64,000 nt of DNA from the NCBI RefSeq assembly GCF_001194135.2, contig NC_068984.1, positions 25,504,355-25,568,354 of the forward strand, in the 5' to 3' direction. Position 1 is the stretch's first letter, and every line of letters begins with the position of its first letter. Below are positions 1-13,685 of this stretch, piece after piece. The position numbers and the translations under genes were made by a program. This DNA comes from Octopus bimaculoides. Lineage: Eukaryota. The notes below the pieces were generated by a model. It saw nothing but the letters and a program-made list of their open reading frames with translations, ran no database searches and was not told where the DNA came from.

Positions 1-295
1 TACAACAAAATGACTTTGGAAGACCAAAAATTCCATGTGAAACGCAGCAGGGTTTGGAAAGATAGCAATGTTGTTTGAAGGTTTACACTAATTGTTTACT
101 CAATCCATACATTGACAAGTATGCCAGAAAAATAGAATAAAACATTTCAATACTGACTGATTGGCTGATTAAGGTAATACAATCACAGACTATAGATTAA
201 CTGTTGTTTAAATCTTTTAATTTTTACTTGTTTCAGTCATTAGACTATAGCCATGCTGGGGTATCGCCTTAAAGGGTTCAGTTGAACAAATATGT

Positions 296-818
<523 letters not shown>

Positions 819-1747
819 AAATTGGCCCCAGGACCTATCTTTTAAATCTGGTGTCTACTATATCACTCATTTTTTGCCAAACTGTTAAGTTATGAGAATA
901 TAAGCATAAGCTAATGCAAATTCTCAAGCAGGAGTGGGACAAACACACACACACAACAAGCTTCCACACAGTTTCTATCTAACAAATTCACTCACAAGGC
1001 ATTGGTCAGCCCAGGGCTATAGCAGGAGACACTTGCCCAAGGTGTTGCACAGTGGGTTTGAACCTAAAACCCACAAGGCTGAAAGTCAAACTTTAAATAT
1101 TTGAGTCGAATCCCTGACTAAAAAAATGTTACTCTATGTAACTCAAAATTCCTTTAGTAAGAAATTTGTATTGATCTCATATCAGAGTATTGCTAAAATC
1201 TTAAGTTAAAAATACAAGTATAGTGTTTAACAATTGATTTTCTTCTTTTAGAAAACTTTTTCATGTTATGATTCAAATCAATTATATTTGAACCATAACA
1301 TTAAAAAACTGCTTTATAAAACAATCAATTATTAACAAACACTATTTGTATTTTTAATTTAAGACTTTAGCATTTAAATACTCTTGGTATTTTTTTGTTT
1401 TGGTTTTCTTTTTCTTTTTTTTTTTACTCAAGTGTTTGTACTTTGGACAGAATAATATTTTTCTTTTCTTTTTATCCTTACAGAACTACCCTCAGCCTAA
1501 CATATGTCAATCTTGATTTGAAATTGCCTTTGATGTTACATCACTTAAAATCTCAGTGTAGTGTTATTAACTAGAAAGGTGATACATTCATGAATGAGAT
1601 ATGAACAGACTTAAACTGAATTAGCACAGTCCTCAAAGCCATAAGATCTTTTTGATGTGGCTTTGCCAATGTTGAGAATTTACAGCTTACAGAAATGTTA
1701 AGATGTTGAATCCTAAAATGCATAAAGAGCCCACGCATAGAGAACTT

Positions 1748-1973
1748 GTGCTGGTACCACATCAAAAAGCACTGGTGCTAGCAACGCATAAAAAGCACCC
1801 AGTACACTTTGTAAAGTGGTTGGTATTAGAAAGGGCATCCGGCTGTAGAAACCGTGCCAAAACAGACTATGGAGTCTGGTGTGGAAAGCCCCCCACCCCT
1901 CACCTTACCAGCTTCAGTCAAACTGTCCAACCCATATCAACATGGAAAACAGATGTATAATGATGATGATGAT
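1748..1973 (+). mobile_element. RTE-tail element (3' end shared with RTE LINE)
   Basis: AAAAGCACCCAGTACAC...GAAAGGGCATCCGGCTGTAGAAACC...CCAACCCAT...CATGGAAAAC + (GAT)n, homologous to the 3' UTR of the LINE at 56789-57455. Confidence 0.8.
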
Positions 1974-3007
1974 ATTTTAATGTATCAACTAAGTGAATTG
2001 AAGTTAGTGAGTTTGGATAAGTTTGTATACTGTGGAGAATGTTAATCCTTCACTAGAATAAGTCTCAAAACTCCAATATCCTCTTCTCTTCATCATCATC
2101 ATTTAATGTTTGCTTTCCATGCTAGCATGGGTTGGACATTTGACTGAGGACTGGCAAACTCACAAACTTCACTGTATAGTGTTTGTTGACACAGGTCTCC
2201 AACAATTTGCTCAAATTTTTCTTTTACTAAATCAATCGAAGGGGCAACAAAACCCTTCTCTCTTAAAATGTGATTCAACCCATCTCTATCTTTTACTTAT
2301 TTCAGCATTCAACTGCGGCATTGCTGAGACACTACCTTGAAGAGTTTAGTGGCCAAATCAACCCACGGAGATGTAAATAAATTCACAGTGGTTATTAGCG
2401 GTAGTGGTGGGGAACACACACATACATATAACAGGCTTCCTCACAGTTTCTATCAACCAAATTCATTCAAAACACACTCATCTCAGGACTATTGTTGAAA
2501 ACACTTGCCTAAGGTGCCACACACTGGATCTGAACCCAAAACCACATAGTTGCAAATCAAGCTTCACTGCCATGCTTGACACAATTTTCTTTTCATAATG
2601 ACCTCTACAGAAGAAAAGAAGTGGGGGAACTGACCCCTCAGAATAGAAACCTTATTCAAATATGTGCTAAAAACAGCAGTGGATCAGATGGTAGCATTAA
2701 ACTAGGTGATAGATTAAGTCTATTGCTGTGTTTCTATCAGTGTAACTTGTAAATGTTATGCTTCATGCATTTATACTTTGTAACTGAGTCATTCTTGGAA
2801 CGGATTCCAGTTGTAAAACACTTAGTTGCTCCATGAAACTACATGATCATGGTTTAGACACAAGAGAATGCCCAATAGGAATCCAGTGCCGAAAAGTGTG
2901 ATTATGGCTTTTTCAAAACATTATATGACTAATTTTTTTTAAGATGGAAAAAAAGAAAGAAAAAGAAGCAAACAATTCTCAGAGAAAATATACATAGACA
3001 ATGAAAA

Positions 3008-3112
3008 CAACTACTACAACGGTTGCTGCTGCTGCTGCTGCTGCTGTAGTTGTTGTTGTTGGTGGTGGTGGTGGTGATAGTGGTGGTGGTGGTGGTGGTG
3101 GTAGCAGTGATG
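3008..3112. repeat. Compound trinucleotide microsatellite (ACT/GCT/GTT/GGT)
   Basis: Consecutive (gct)n, (gtt)n and (ggt)n tracts read directly. Confidence 0.9.
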
Positions 3113-4101
3113 ATTTGGAATTTTGGCAAGAGGTCCACAAAGTTTTCGGGGAGGAGTGTTGTAAATTTAATCAATGTCAGTACATGCTTCATCATTACTT
3201 AACTAATACTTTTTTATTTTATCAATCTCGGAAGAACGAAAGGCAAAGTCAAGCTCAACAGGATTCAAGATGAGAATATCTGTGAGTCTAAAACTAAATA
3301 CTACCAATGATTTTCTTTTGTACTGTACTGTTCCTGTCACTCAAATTCCTTATATTATTAGCATAAGCCCACAAATTCTGAGTATATGCGAAAAAGAACT
3401 TTTACCAGTCACATATAGCGATCAAGTATTCTTGTATTCCTTCCAAATCCTGTTACTAAAGAACTAACGCAATAGCATCATGTTTACATTCTGAGAAATC
3501 TTTTATCCTCTGGGGGTAATAATTTAACTGGGGTTTTTCAGCTAAATTTACCCAGTTATTTTATCATATAATAAAGGTAGATATAATGAACTGAAACTTC
3601 AAACCATGCATGCTGTAGAAACTATGGCTGACATATAGATAAAAAACTTTGTTTTAAGTCAACTTAACCTGAAAGGAATTTAGCTAAAATAGGGATTGAC
3701 AGACAATGAGAAGAAGAAGAAGAAGGGAAAAGGTAATATATGTATCTGCACATTCCCCTTTCCACATCTTTGGAGTTGCAGTTAAGTGAGAATAGGGAGT
3801 GAGGGAGTATGCGCCTGTTTGTGTGAGCGTGCGTGTGTGTGTGTGTCTACATGTGAGTCAAAAGTAGGGGAAGCAACAATAACTTGTGAGAATGTAACAA
3901 CAAATAAATACTGCAGCAATGACTAAATTAGATGCGAGAGATGACTAAGGGAAAGCAATGGAGAAGGACCCGGGGGGGGGGGCACAAACAGCATGGCATT
4001 AAATATGTCTGTATTTATGATGCTATATGAAGTGTTTATGTATGTACTTGAAGTATCTTATCCTCACCATCCTTGCATATTGTTTTGTTTTTTTTTTTTT
4101 T

Positions 4102-4364
4102 NNNNNNNNNNNNNNNNNNNNNNNNNNNNNNNNNNNNNNNNNNNNNNNNNNNNNNNNNNNNNNNNNNNNNNNNNNNNNNNNNNNNNNNNNNNNNNNNNNN
4201 NNNNNNNNNNNNNNNNNNNNNNNNNNNNNNNNNNNNNNNNNNNNNNNNNNNNNNNNNNNNNNNNNNNNNNNNNNNNNNNNNNNNNNNNNNNNNNNNNNNN
4301 NNNNNNNNNNNNNNNNNNNNNNNNNNNNNNNNNNNNNNNNNNNNNNNNNNNNNNNNNNNNNNNN
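4102..4364. other. Assembly gap (N-run); other gaps at 26203-26408, 34268-34583, 37936-38320, 41428-41922, 57191-57223 and 62833-62900
   Basis: Runs of N, mostly next to homopolymers or microsatellites. Confidence 0.99.
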
Positions 4365-5529
4365 AAAAGAGGAAAAAAAAGGGGGGGGGATGAAAGGTGC
4401 TAAAGCCGCATTGAATATTTAAGCTTTATAAAGCATCAAATACAGTTTTGGATATTGACACATCCACATGTAGTGCGTATTCACACATACGTGTGCACTA
4501 GCATCAACAGATGCAAAGTATCAATAACAGGTAAGAGGTGTTTATGCTTTGGAAATACTTAGCAATAAAATGTTTGCGTATGTATTTAAAAACAAGAGAG
4601 AGAAAGAGAAAGAGGGGGGGGTTACACTGAAGGAAGTGGGCCATAGATTCTTCTTATTGCCATTTCTATGTCGGCATTGATGCAACATCAACAATAAAAT
4701 GAATATAAAAGTGTAAAGAATGATATCCTGGTGATATAAAATAACAGTACCATATATAATCTAACATGTTTGGCTTCACAAATACAGAGAATGAAATTAA
4801 ATTAACAAGCTTTCAGAAGTGTCTTTTCTTTGATGAAAAATTCATGAAGTTAATCAAATGACACGTACATCATCCTTTGCATTGTATTAGCTTTCTTTCT
4901 ATATTTTTTTATTGATTTACTTCCCCATTTAAAATTTTTTTTTTTTTTGTCAACTCAACACATATGCATATGCATGCCTGTATGTATTTCTGCCCATCGT
5001 GCTACAGTGTCATTAGAAAATAGGAGGGAATTAATGACACTTGACGAGAAAATTATATCAAAACAAGCATGAAACAGGAAAGATGTGGACAGATCATTAA
5101 AACTAATATAATATATAAAATATTAAATGTAATAAAATACAAATTTCAACGTCACTTCCACGCTGCAGTTTAAATAATCCTGCTAATCATCTTCATCTAT
5201 TGAATCTAATAACAATGAAACTATCTTTGTGTGATATTTTTTTTTAAGGATTGCTGCAGATTTAATCTCTGATTTTATCTGAGAATAAAATTACAGATTG
5301 AACAGTTAAATAACTGTATTGAGAAAATACCAGAAGTTTTAGCTCAGTAACTTAAGAGGTACAGAATTGCATCCAAACTGCTCGTTTAACACATAAAATA
5401 ATGCATTGTGTCTGCTACATTAATTATCAAACCCTCCACTGAATAATTTAATTGTTACATTCTGTTGCAAACATCCTTTGAACACCTAATACCAAAGTGA
5501 ATACCTTAAAGTTATATTTACTCCTCTAC

Positions 5530-5562
5530 ACTCATCACCACCACCGCCATTACCATCATCAT

Positions 5563-5594
<32 letters not shown>

Positions 5595-5640
5595 TCACCA
5601 TCATCATCATCATCATCATCAACAACACTACCACCATTTT
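5530..5640. repeat. Compound trinucleotide microsatellite (CAC/TAC/CAT)
   Basis: Consecutive (tac)n, (cat)n and (cac)n tracts. Confidence 0.9.
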
Positions 5641-6012
5641 CATACTAATTTTCCAAACTGGCTTAATCCTCTGTCATTCCATCTAAATATTTAATACTCA
5701 CAGACCTAGCCTTCCTGCTTCCTCCACAATACCTGCTGGTTTACCGCTACCGCAGGTATTCTTTCCTGTCAACTACTGACACTTGATACTCAGCATGTAT
5801 CATCCATTTACATTTACGTTTACATACTTGTGTAAATAGTTTTTGGCTTTGATGCCTCAATGATTTCTCAACTCGTTACCAGTCTGCCTCTTTGGTATTG
5901 GACATCCAACAGATCAGACTTGGCTCCTATCCAACACAGAAACTTGAAGCATTTTTCAATAGGAGAGGTGACTGTTGAATATTCAGAATTAACCCTTTGT
6001 TTACCCTGTATA

Positions 6013-6203
6013 TTATTTCTTTACTGCCCACAAGGGGCTAAACATAGAGGGGATAAACCAGGACAGACAAATGGATTATGCCAATTATATCGACCCCGAA
6101 AGGATGAAAGGCAAAGTCGACCTCGGTGGAATTTGAACTCAGAACGTAACGGCAGACGAAATACCGCTAAGCATTTCGCCCGGCGCGCTAACGTTTCTGC
6201 CAG
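6013..6203 (-). mobile_element. SINE-B, tRNA-derived, young copy
   Basis: Minus strand GGCGGCGAGCTGGCAGAAACGTTAGCGCG (box-A-like)...GAGTTCAAATTCC (box B)...GTCGACTTTGCCTTTCATCCTTTCGGGGTCGATA; CpGs intact. Confidence 0.85.
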
Positions 6204-7128
6204 CTCGCCGCCTTTGTATATTACATGTGATACACAGAAACATATTTCCCGGTTATCCATGCATCATGTATGACACACATTCCCAATTATTATCAACCAT
6301 CACAGAAACTTGGGACTTATGAAAGGAAAGCTTTATATTACTCAGAATGTATGAAACAAAGGCTAACTAAAAATCTGAAAAACAAGCATGGACATTTATG
6401 AAAATGCTTTGGACAAAGGGTTAAACCACTTGTCCATTGGTTGGCATTATATAGTAAGTAATCTTAAGGAAGAACATAATATATTCACTGCCAACTACTT
6501 AATACAGCCATCACTTCTGAGCCCTCCTTATATCCAGGGAACTTGAACCAACACAAGAGCCTCTAAGTAGTCACTCCATCTACTAGAAATAACATATAAA
6601 ATTTCCTTAAATAACATTCTACAGTCTTAAAAAGGGAAAGTCAAACTGAATGATCTAGTCCTAGATTTGCCCACTCAGGGGTCAGTTCTTTAAGACTAAA
6701 CAACAAACGACAACTACAATCATTTCAGTCCAGTTTTGTCATAGCCCTATCCAAATTTGAATCATTATAAAAAGACAAACATCATCATAACCAAAACATT
6801 TCTGAAGTAAATTATTTTTAATGGTTGAACTCAAAGTAGATTGGGCTATATATAACAGAATGTATAACATTGGGTTAAAGATATCCTTAGCATGGGAAAA
6901 ATCAAAGCTCCTTGTGAGAAGTGAACCCACATCTTCAGTAAACATGACATGTGCTGACCATTCTACCAAAGTAATGCTTTGAATTTTCTCCATCTATTTT
7001 AGAAGCTTTAGACCAGTGAGAACTGTAAGATGATTTACATAAGAATTTACAAATTTCTAGAGATACAAAGTAAATTGCAAATAGAATTATAAGTTTCCAC
7101 TACATATTGACTATAGAAAATAGTCTAA

Positions 7129-7450
7129 AAAGTTAAGACCCCCTTTGGTCATAAATAATCATGGGATTACACCTAGAAAGTTACTCTCCAAGGCACAAGT
7201 CCAAGCAAAGTTGTTTTATGGAAGACCAGCAGTCACCCATGCATACCAGCCTCCCCTCTCCACGCCACCGATATTATCCAAGGGAAAGGCAAAGGCCAAT
7301 ACAGCTTGGCACCAGTGACATCACAACTCATTTCTACATGAAATAAAGTGTCTTGCTGAAAAACACAACATACAGCATGGTCTGGGAATCAAACTCACTA
7401 TCTCATTGTGAGCCTGATGCTCTAACCACTGAGCCATGTGCCTTCACTGA
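7129..7450 (-). mobile_element. SINE-D, tRNA-derived, with 12-bp TSD
   Basis: Minus head GTGAAGGCACATGGCTCAGTGGTTAGAGC...GAGTTTGATTCCC; direct repeat AAAATAGTCTAA at 7117-7128 and 7451-7462; body shared with 35345-35615. Confidence 0.85.
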
Positions 7451-8161
7451 AAAATAGTCTAATATTAGGGTATTTAAACCCTCATAACAGAAAAAAAGAT
7501 AATGGACATTAGTATGCATAGGAACTGAATCCACACATCTTATTTTGCCCATTTTTTTTTTCACTGTTATCAGAGTCTATATGCCCTAATATTAGGGTTA
7601 ATATACAGTTAATATACAGAGAAAGCTTATAAAATCTATTTAGAAAAGTTTCACTCACCACCATTTTCTAATTAACACATGTTTACATAAATTATTTTTA
7701 ATGATGTAACTTGAACAAGATAAAACTGTAAATAATAGCTTGTAGGATATTGGTTAAAAAAACAAAAAAACACCCTTTGAATGGATTTTCTGAGAGCTTT
7801 CTTAGCCCAATATTCTACATGTTATTACTTATAACTTTATCTACTTCAAGCTCCACTGTTAAACGTAATCTCTTGAATTTTCTAAATTCTTATAATGAAA
7901 AGGTTTTTGATCTTAATATGAAGCTGGAGATTGCTCTTATATCAAGTTATTATTGAATGTATGATGAAAATACCAGCAGCAGATCATCATAGAATCCCCC
8001 ACGAAACATATACTGCAGACATGAAACTGGGCTCACTGATTAGGCCAAATGCATTTAATCAATAAATCAAACATCCAACGGTGGTGGGGACGTAGACTTT
8101 TAACTTCAATTATCAAATTTTTCTAGGGCAGCATTGAAATTACAGAGAGGGGGAAGGAGGG

Positions 8162-8210
<49 letters not shown>

Positions 8211-8424
8211 TATTGTGCAATAAGAGAATTCATGCCACATTTTGTGAACAAAATAGCATTGTTGGTTACAGGTTCCTAGTAGACCATACATGAATTCACT
8301 GAATTTATGATGGCAAAAGTAAAAAAGGGAGCACCTGTGCAAGTTGGTGGAACAAACACCACACAGGAAATTTATGTTTGAAAGCAATAATTTATTGTTG
8401 ATATTCACATTTTTTGCTAATATA

Positions 8425-9620
8425 TTGAGTCATCTCATAAATAATGCAGTTTTTTCAATTGCATGAACTAAAAGTTGGAGGGGAGTGGGATAAACTACCT
8501 GCATCAATTTGCTATAAAAGCAGGTGGTAATTTTACCTTGTACTTATTCTTAGTGCAAGTTTTGAAGAGTGCAATTCAATTATAACAGTTTTTTTTCAAA
8601 GCTATAATGGAAGTGACAAAGGAGCACATTCAGTATATTTTGCTTTATGAGTTCAAAATAGGTAACAACGCAACAGAAAGTGCAAGGAATATTAAAGCAG
8701 TATATGGGGATCGGACAATAAGCATAAGCCAGTGTCAACGGTAGTTCCAGAAATTCCAAGCCGGAAACTACAGTGTAGAAGACGAGCCTTGTCCTGGAAG
8801 ATCTGTAGAGCTTGACAAGGACATCCTGCAAACCCTGGTGGAACAAAATCCCATTGTAACTGTTGAGAAACTAGCAGAGAAGCTTGGATTTGGTCATTCA
8901 ACCATTCATCGACACCTGCGTGCCATCAGGAAAGTCAGCAAATTGGGTCAATGGGTTCCTCACAAACTTTCCAAGTCTATTCGCGTACAAAGAATGAATG
9001 TGTGCTCTTCTTTGCTGTCACATCTCATGAATGAACCTTTTTTGAACCGAATACTGACTGGTGACGAGAAATGGGTTCTCTATAAAAATGTCAAGCACCA
9101 AAGACAGTGGGTAAGGAAAGGAGAAACATTGGCACCCCAAGCTAAAGAAAGTTTTCACCCCCGTAAGGTGTTGTTATCTGTTTGGTGGGATATGAAAGGT
9201 TTAGTCCACTTTGAACTTTTAAACCCAAGCCAAATGATAATAAAGGAGATCTACGCTTGAAGGAGTCAGCGCTTGAAGAAAAACAACCACCTTTGGTTTC
9301 AAGACAAAAGGCGTTCTTCCATCAGGTTAATGCTCAACCACATAAAAGGATGACATTTTGAGGAGTAATTTGAACTGCAAGGAGCAGTTTGGATGGGAAA
9401 CAATGCCCCACCCACCATATTCGCCAGAAAAAATATGAATTCTGTAGATGAGGTCAGAACAGTACTGGAGGAATATTTTTCATCACGGACAAGTGAATTT
9501 TGGAAGAAAGCCCTTGCAAGTCTACCAGATAGACGGAAGAGCATTGTAGAAAATGAAGGAGGGTATATTGAAAAATAAAAGAAGTATTTAAAAAAAACGC
9601 ATTATTTATGGGATGACCAA
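8425..9620 (+). mobile_element. Mariner (DD34D) DNA transposon, decayed near-full-length copy
   Basis: Imperfect TIRs ttgagtcatctcataaataatgcag (8425) and cgcattatttatgggatgaccaa (to 9620), each flanked by TA; transposase motifs inside. Confidence 0.93.
8607..9578 (+). pseudogene. Mariner transposase pseudogene
   Basis: MEVTKEHIQYILLYEF...QWVPHKL...ILTGDEKW...HPRKVLLSVWWD...PHPPYSP. In-frame TAG at 8742-8744 and TGA at 9258-9260; HQDNA changed to HQVNA; segment after PYSP (third catalytic Asp) deleted. Confidence 0.92.
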
Positions 9621-10721
9621 TAATCAAAGTAACACACACACACAAGGGTTTTATAAAATCCCACTAACAAAGTATTGGTCAACCTTTAGGCTAATGGTAG
9701 AAGACATTCCCTCAAGGTCCCATTTAGTGGGATTGAACCTGAGACTATATGGAAGCCAAGAGTGGTGGAGATGCTTATATTTTGTATATTTGCATGAAAA
9801 TGGTGGGCAAAATTGGTTATTTATTGACATGCCCTGTCAACAATTTACTTCATAGCTCAGTACTTTCAAAGATAAGTAGAATTTTAAAAATTGATTACTG
9901 GAAAACCAGGTAAGAGTTAAGGACAGGAAGAGCATCAAGTTGTAAAGCAATGCTTCTATATATATTTGTCCCACCCTACTAGAATGGAAAAATGAACATA
10001 AAATAAACAAAGGAACAATTAGTCAAAAAACTAATTAATACTAATAAACAAAAGGAAAAATAAAAACAAATAAAAGCACTTCAGGAATTCTGCAACTTAA
10101 GCCTTTCAACCTTATGCATTTTACAGAAACTGCCTGACTAAGTTTACTTATTTCTTTTCCAGTACTTTAATTCACATTACAACCTTAGATCATACCACAG
10201 GGGAAAGTTGCACATGATTTACTAGTATTTACTGAGAAAAAAAGTAACCTTTTCAAGATATCAAGTTACTCTATGCCTTTTACTCTGCAGAACCCTAAGA
10301 TTGAGGGAAGTACTAATTATTAAGGTCTCCAGCATCTGTAGTATTCTATTATTAACTGGAATTTCAACACAGCTTGGAGCAAAAGAGGCTGATCCAATTC
10401 CAATTGCCTACTAACATATCATTTTTCTCACAGGTCTCTTGTCTTCTGTTACTGGGTTTTTATTGTGTTTGTTTTTTCTCATTCAACTTTTACAGCCTCA
10501 CATTGGTATCTATAATGAAGAGTCATGATTCTTGAGTTAGATTTAAAAATGGAAATAAAGCAGTTGACTAAAACTTCATTGAAACTTTCTCACTTAAGTT
10601 TTCTCTTTCTAATATCTACTTATTCCCAAAAATTTTGAAGGGATAAGAGAATATGGCAATGTCTCTAACAAAATTGAAATGTTTAGAAACTATTTTTTAC
10701 TTAACTTCATTTCTAGCTGTT

Positions 10722-10784
<63 letters not shown>

Positions 10785-10808
10785 CCACCCACACACACAT
10801 ACATTATA

Positions 10809-10927
10809 CTTTTACAAAGAGTGGTGACAGTGACTTTGAAGTTTTGGCCCACTAGCTTTCATCAGACAGTCTGACAAAAGAATGCAGGCCAAAATTTTGA
10901 AATTAGTCACCGCTCTTCTTGTAAAAG
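10809..10927. repeat. Imperfect palindrome, about 119 bp (fold-back / MITE-like)
   Basis: Centre TCAGAC-A-GTCTGA; arm ends CTTTTACAAAGAGTGGTGAC and GTCACCGCTCTTCTTGTAAAAG; TTTTGGCC/GGCCAAAA. Confidence 0.8.
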
Positions 10928-11635
10928 CATAGTAAATATGTGCCCTACAAAAAATGTTCAGTAATTCTTCAATTTAATGTTAAATCGTTTCTATTTATAA
11001 CTTAACAGAAAAACTAACATTAATACATACTAGACTACCTGTGACCCCGTTGGGTCACTGATGGTTCAAGTTATAAAACATTGAAGCTGATTTCAACATT
11101 GCATTGAAATGAAAGTTAATTTGATGATGATTCAGTTAAACATTTCAGTTCATTTGTGTCATCATAGGTCTGGTTTACAAGTCCATGTTTAAGGTTTTAT
11201 TGATTATTTACAGCATCTAATTGAAACAGAACTTTCAGGGTGAACTTGAACTCCAGTAACAGCATTTATTTATGGTAAATGTGCACACTTCTACAAAAAT
11301 GCAAAAGGAATTGTTATATAACGTAAACATAAAATTAATGGAAACAATTTTTACAGTATTAAATATTCCCATTTCAGAGTTATGTTACTTTCAGAGAATT
11401 TTCCCATTATGTGCTGTTTTGGCTATTTATGAAGGTACCAAAAAAAAAACACGCATCTCAAGAATCCATGGTCTGATTTATGCAAAACTTTTTTATTCTG
11501 TTTGTATTCACATTTCAGGGGTACCTTACTTTCCAAGTATTTTCCCAATATGCACCAGTTTGGCTGTATTAAATTACAGACAGGCACACAAGCAAGCAAT
11601 CACAGAGTTGTAGTAGTATATAGACAATAACCTTA

Positions 11636-11838
11636 CCAGTACTGGTGCCATGTAAAAAGCACCCAGTACACTGTAAAATGGTCAGTGTTAGGAAAGGCAT
11701 CCAGCTGTAGAAACTATGCCAAAGCAGACAGTAGAGCTTGGCACAGTCAGTCCTCTGGCTTGCAAACTCTTGTCAAACTGTCCAACCCATGCCAGCATGG
11801 AAGACTGACGTTAAATGATGATAATGATGGATGATGAT
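11636..11838 (+). mobile_element. RTE-tail element
   Basis: TGGTGCCATGTAAAAAGCACCCAGTACAC...GGCATCCAGCTGTAGAAAC...CCAACCCATGCCAGCATGG + (GAT)n. Confidence 0.8.
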
Positions 11839-12314
11839 TTATAACTCTTATTCACAACTAAATTCAGGAACTGAAATCATGCTAAATATCTTTTATTCAA
11901 AGCTAAAAAACAATAAATAAATAAAATACTAGCAACCAAAGAAACTAGTGCTTATCTTGTATTTAATAAGGGAGTTAACCTTAACATCAAAATTCACCTC
12001 TTTTCAGAGCTTATCTTATTTTACCAATTTCATTATCTTCAAATAGTCTAACTTGTTGAATAATCACTCATATTGACAAACATTAACACCTCTTTTTCAA
12101 GCAATGGCCAATAAAGAAGCATCTATATAGATAGTATAGTCACACTTTGAAAAACAAACCTATCTTTAAAACCTGCCTCATATATTTTAAGTCCAAAATT
12201 TCAATACAATGTGCTCACAATAAATAATCTATTTATTCCAGCAACACTAGTAAGCAACTAACCTCTTCTTCCTCATGACATAATACCGATGTCATTATTG
12301 GAACAAATTTTTAC

Positions 12315-12680
12315 ATTCTGAGCTCAAATCTTGCTGAGGACAACTTTGCCTGCCATTATTTCAGGGTTGATAGAATAAGTACCAGATGAATACTGGAATC
12401 AATGTAATCAACTTCCTTCTACCTCTCAAAACTAATGACCCTGTGCCAAAATTTCAAAGATTATTTAAACAAATCATTGGTGCTTCAGATAGCATGGGTT
12501 GCTGCATTTCTTTCAATGTTCTATGCTCTGAGTTCAAACTCTGCCAAAGTCAATTTTGCCTTTTGTCCTTTCAGGGTTGATACAACAAAAGTATCAGTCA
12601 AGTACTGGAATTAATGTAAATGACTTCCCTCTCCTACCAAAATTACTGGTCTTGTACCAAAAATTAGAAAGATTTATTTG
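12315..12680 (+). mobile_element. Two adjacent decayed SINE-B copies
   Basis: CTGAGCTCAAATC...CAACTTTGCC...CAGGGTTGATAGAATAAGTACCAG (12315-12466) and CTGAGTTCAAACTC...CAATTTTGCC...CAGGGTTGATA (12515-12680). Confidence 0.65.
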
Positions 12681-13647
12681 AACTGCTCGTATTACTTTTT
12701 TTCTTTTTAATTTGATTTTACTCAGTGCATCTAGAGGAAGAGGTGTAGCCATGATCTTTGCAGGCCCATCAAGACTGGTGTGGTTGATACTGTTAATGTT
12801 TAGCATAAGTTATTTCAATAAAGACATGACCCACAAGGAGATTCCAGTGGGAAGATATTGCAGGGAAAAAAGATTGGGAATAGTAGCTCATGCAGGTCTG
12901 TAGAGAGGGATGGAGAGATTAGACTATGTCCACTAGTGATTGAATGCCAATCAGTAAAGACTTCTCTTTGGGTGAAGCCCAATGTCTGTGCATGTAGCAG
13001 TAGCAATATTCCCGTAATCCATTTTGCACCTCACTTGAGCCTTGAGGAGAAGGGCTAATCTTTGGGATGTGTTGCTATGCAAAGGATGTGCTTTTGCTAG
13101 GAGACATCCTCAGTGATAGAGAGGCCCAGCATTTAGAACTACAGCATCACTAGTTTTCTTGGATTCTACTATTTTACAGTTAAATAAAGAATACCCAAGG
13201 CTCAAACATTTACCAAACATTCAGAGCTCTCCAGGTCTTCTTGAATATATTTCTTTTTGCAAGAAATAATAACTTGTGAATAAAATTTGATAGAAACTGT
13301 AAGCAAAAATTTGTCACTCATGTAGTAAAATGGAGCTATAGAATAAAGATAAGGCAATCACTTTAGTATCAGACTAAAATAAGTCCTATTAATATGATCA
13401 AGTAAAATATTTTAAAAGGCGATGCCTTAGCATGGCCACAAATAATGGAATAAAAAGAAGTACTGTCTATAAATATGGAGCATAATGAAATTATGTAAAT
13501 GTACGTTGAAACAATTTTTCCATATACTTTCAGGTTTAGGGTAGACGACAGAAAAAATTCCTAAAGAATGAACTAGAAAAAGTTGTATATTCAGATGTAG
13601 TCATATTGATATCTTTTTTTTAGCCACCTTTTATGATCTCTACTATA

Positions 13648-13685
<38 letters not shown>

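Noticed and set aside
1484-1516. Plus-strand pyrimidine tract + CAG followed by NYPQPNICQS*
   Set aside because: Too short, with no upstream partner exon or homology.
3001-3273. ORF with poly-T/A/V/G tracts (similar poly-H/Y/Q/S ORFs at 5497-5694 and 60042-60342)
   Set aside because: Compound trinucleotide microsatellites; no splice context or homology, and the 3001 ORF ends in a SINE-B fragment.
3993-4422. Long ORFs containing X runs (also 26032-26503, 34192-34719, 41343-42000)
   Set aside because: They span N gaps; their length is an artefact.
5728-5760. Short hairpin AATACCTGC...GCAGGTATT (similar short ones at 16334-16353, 39613-39650 and about 54047-54070)
   Set aside because: Stems of 9-13 bp can arise by chance or as MITE internals in 64 kb; no supporting context.
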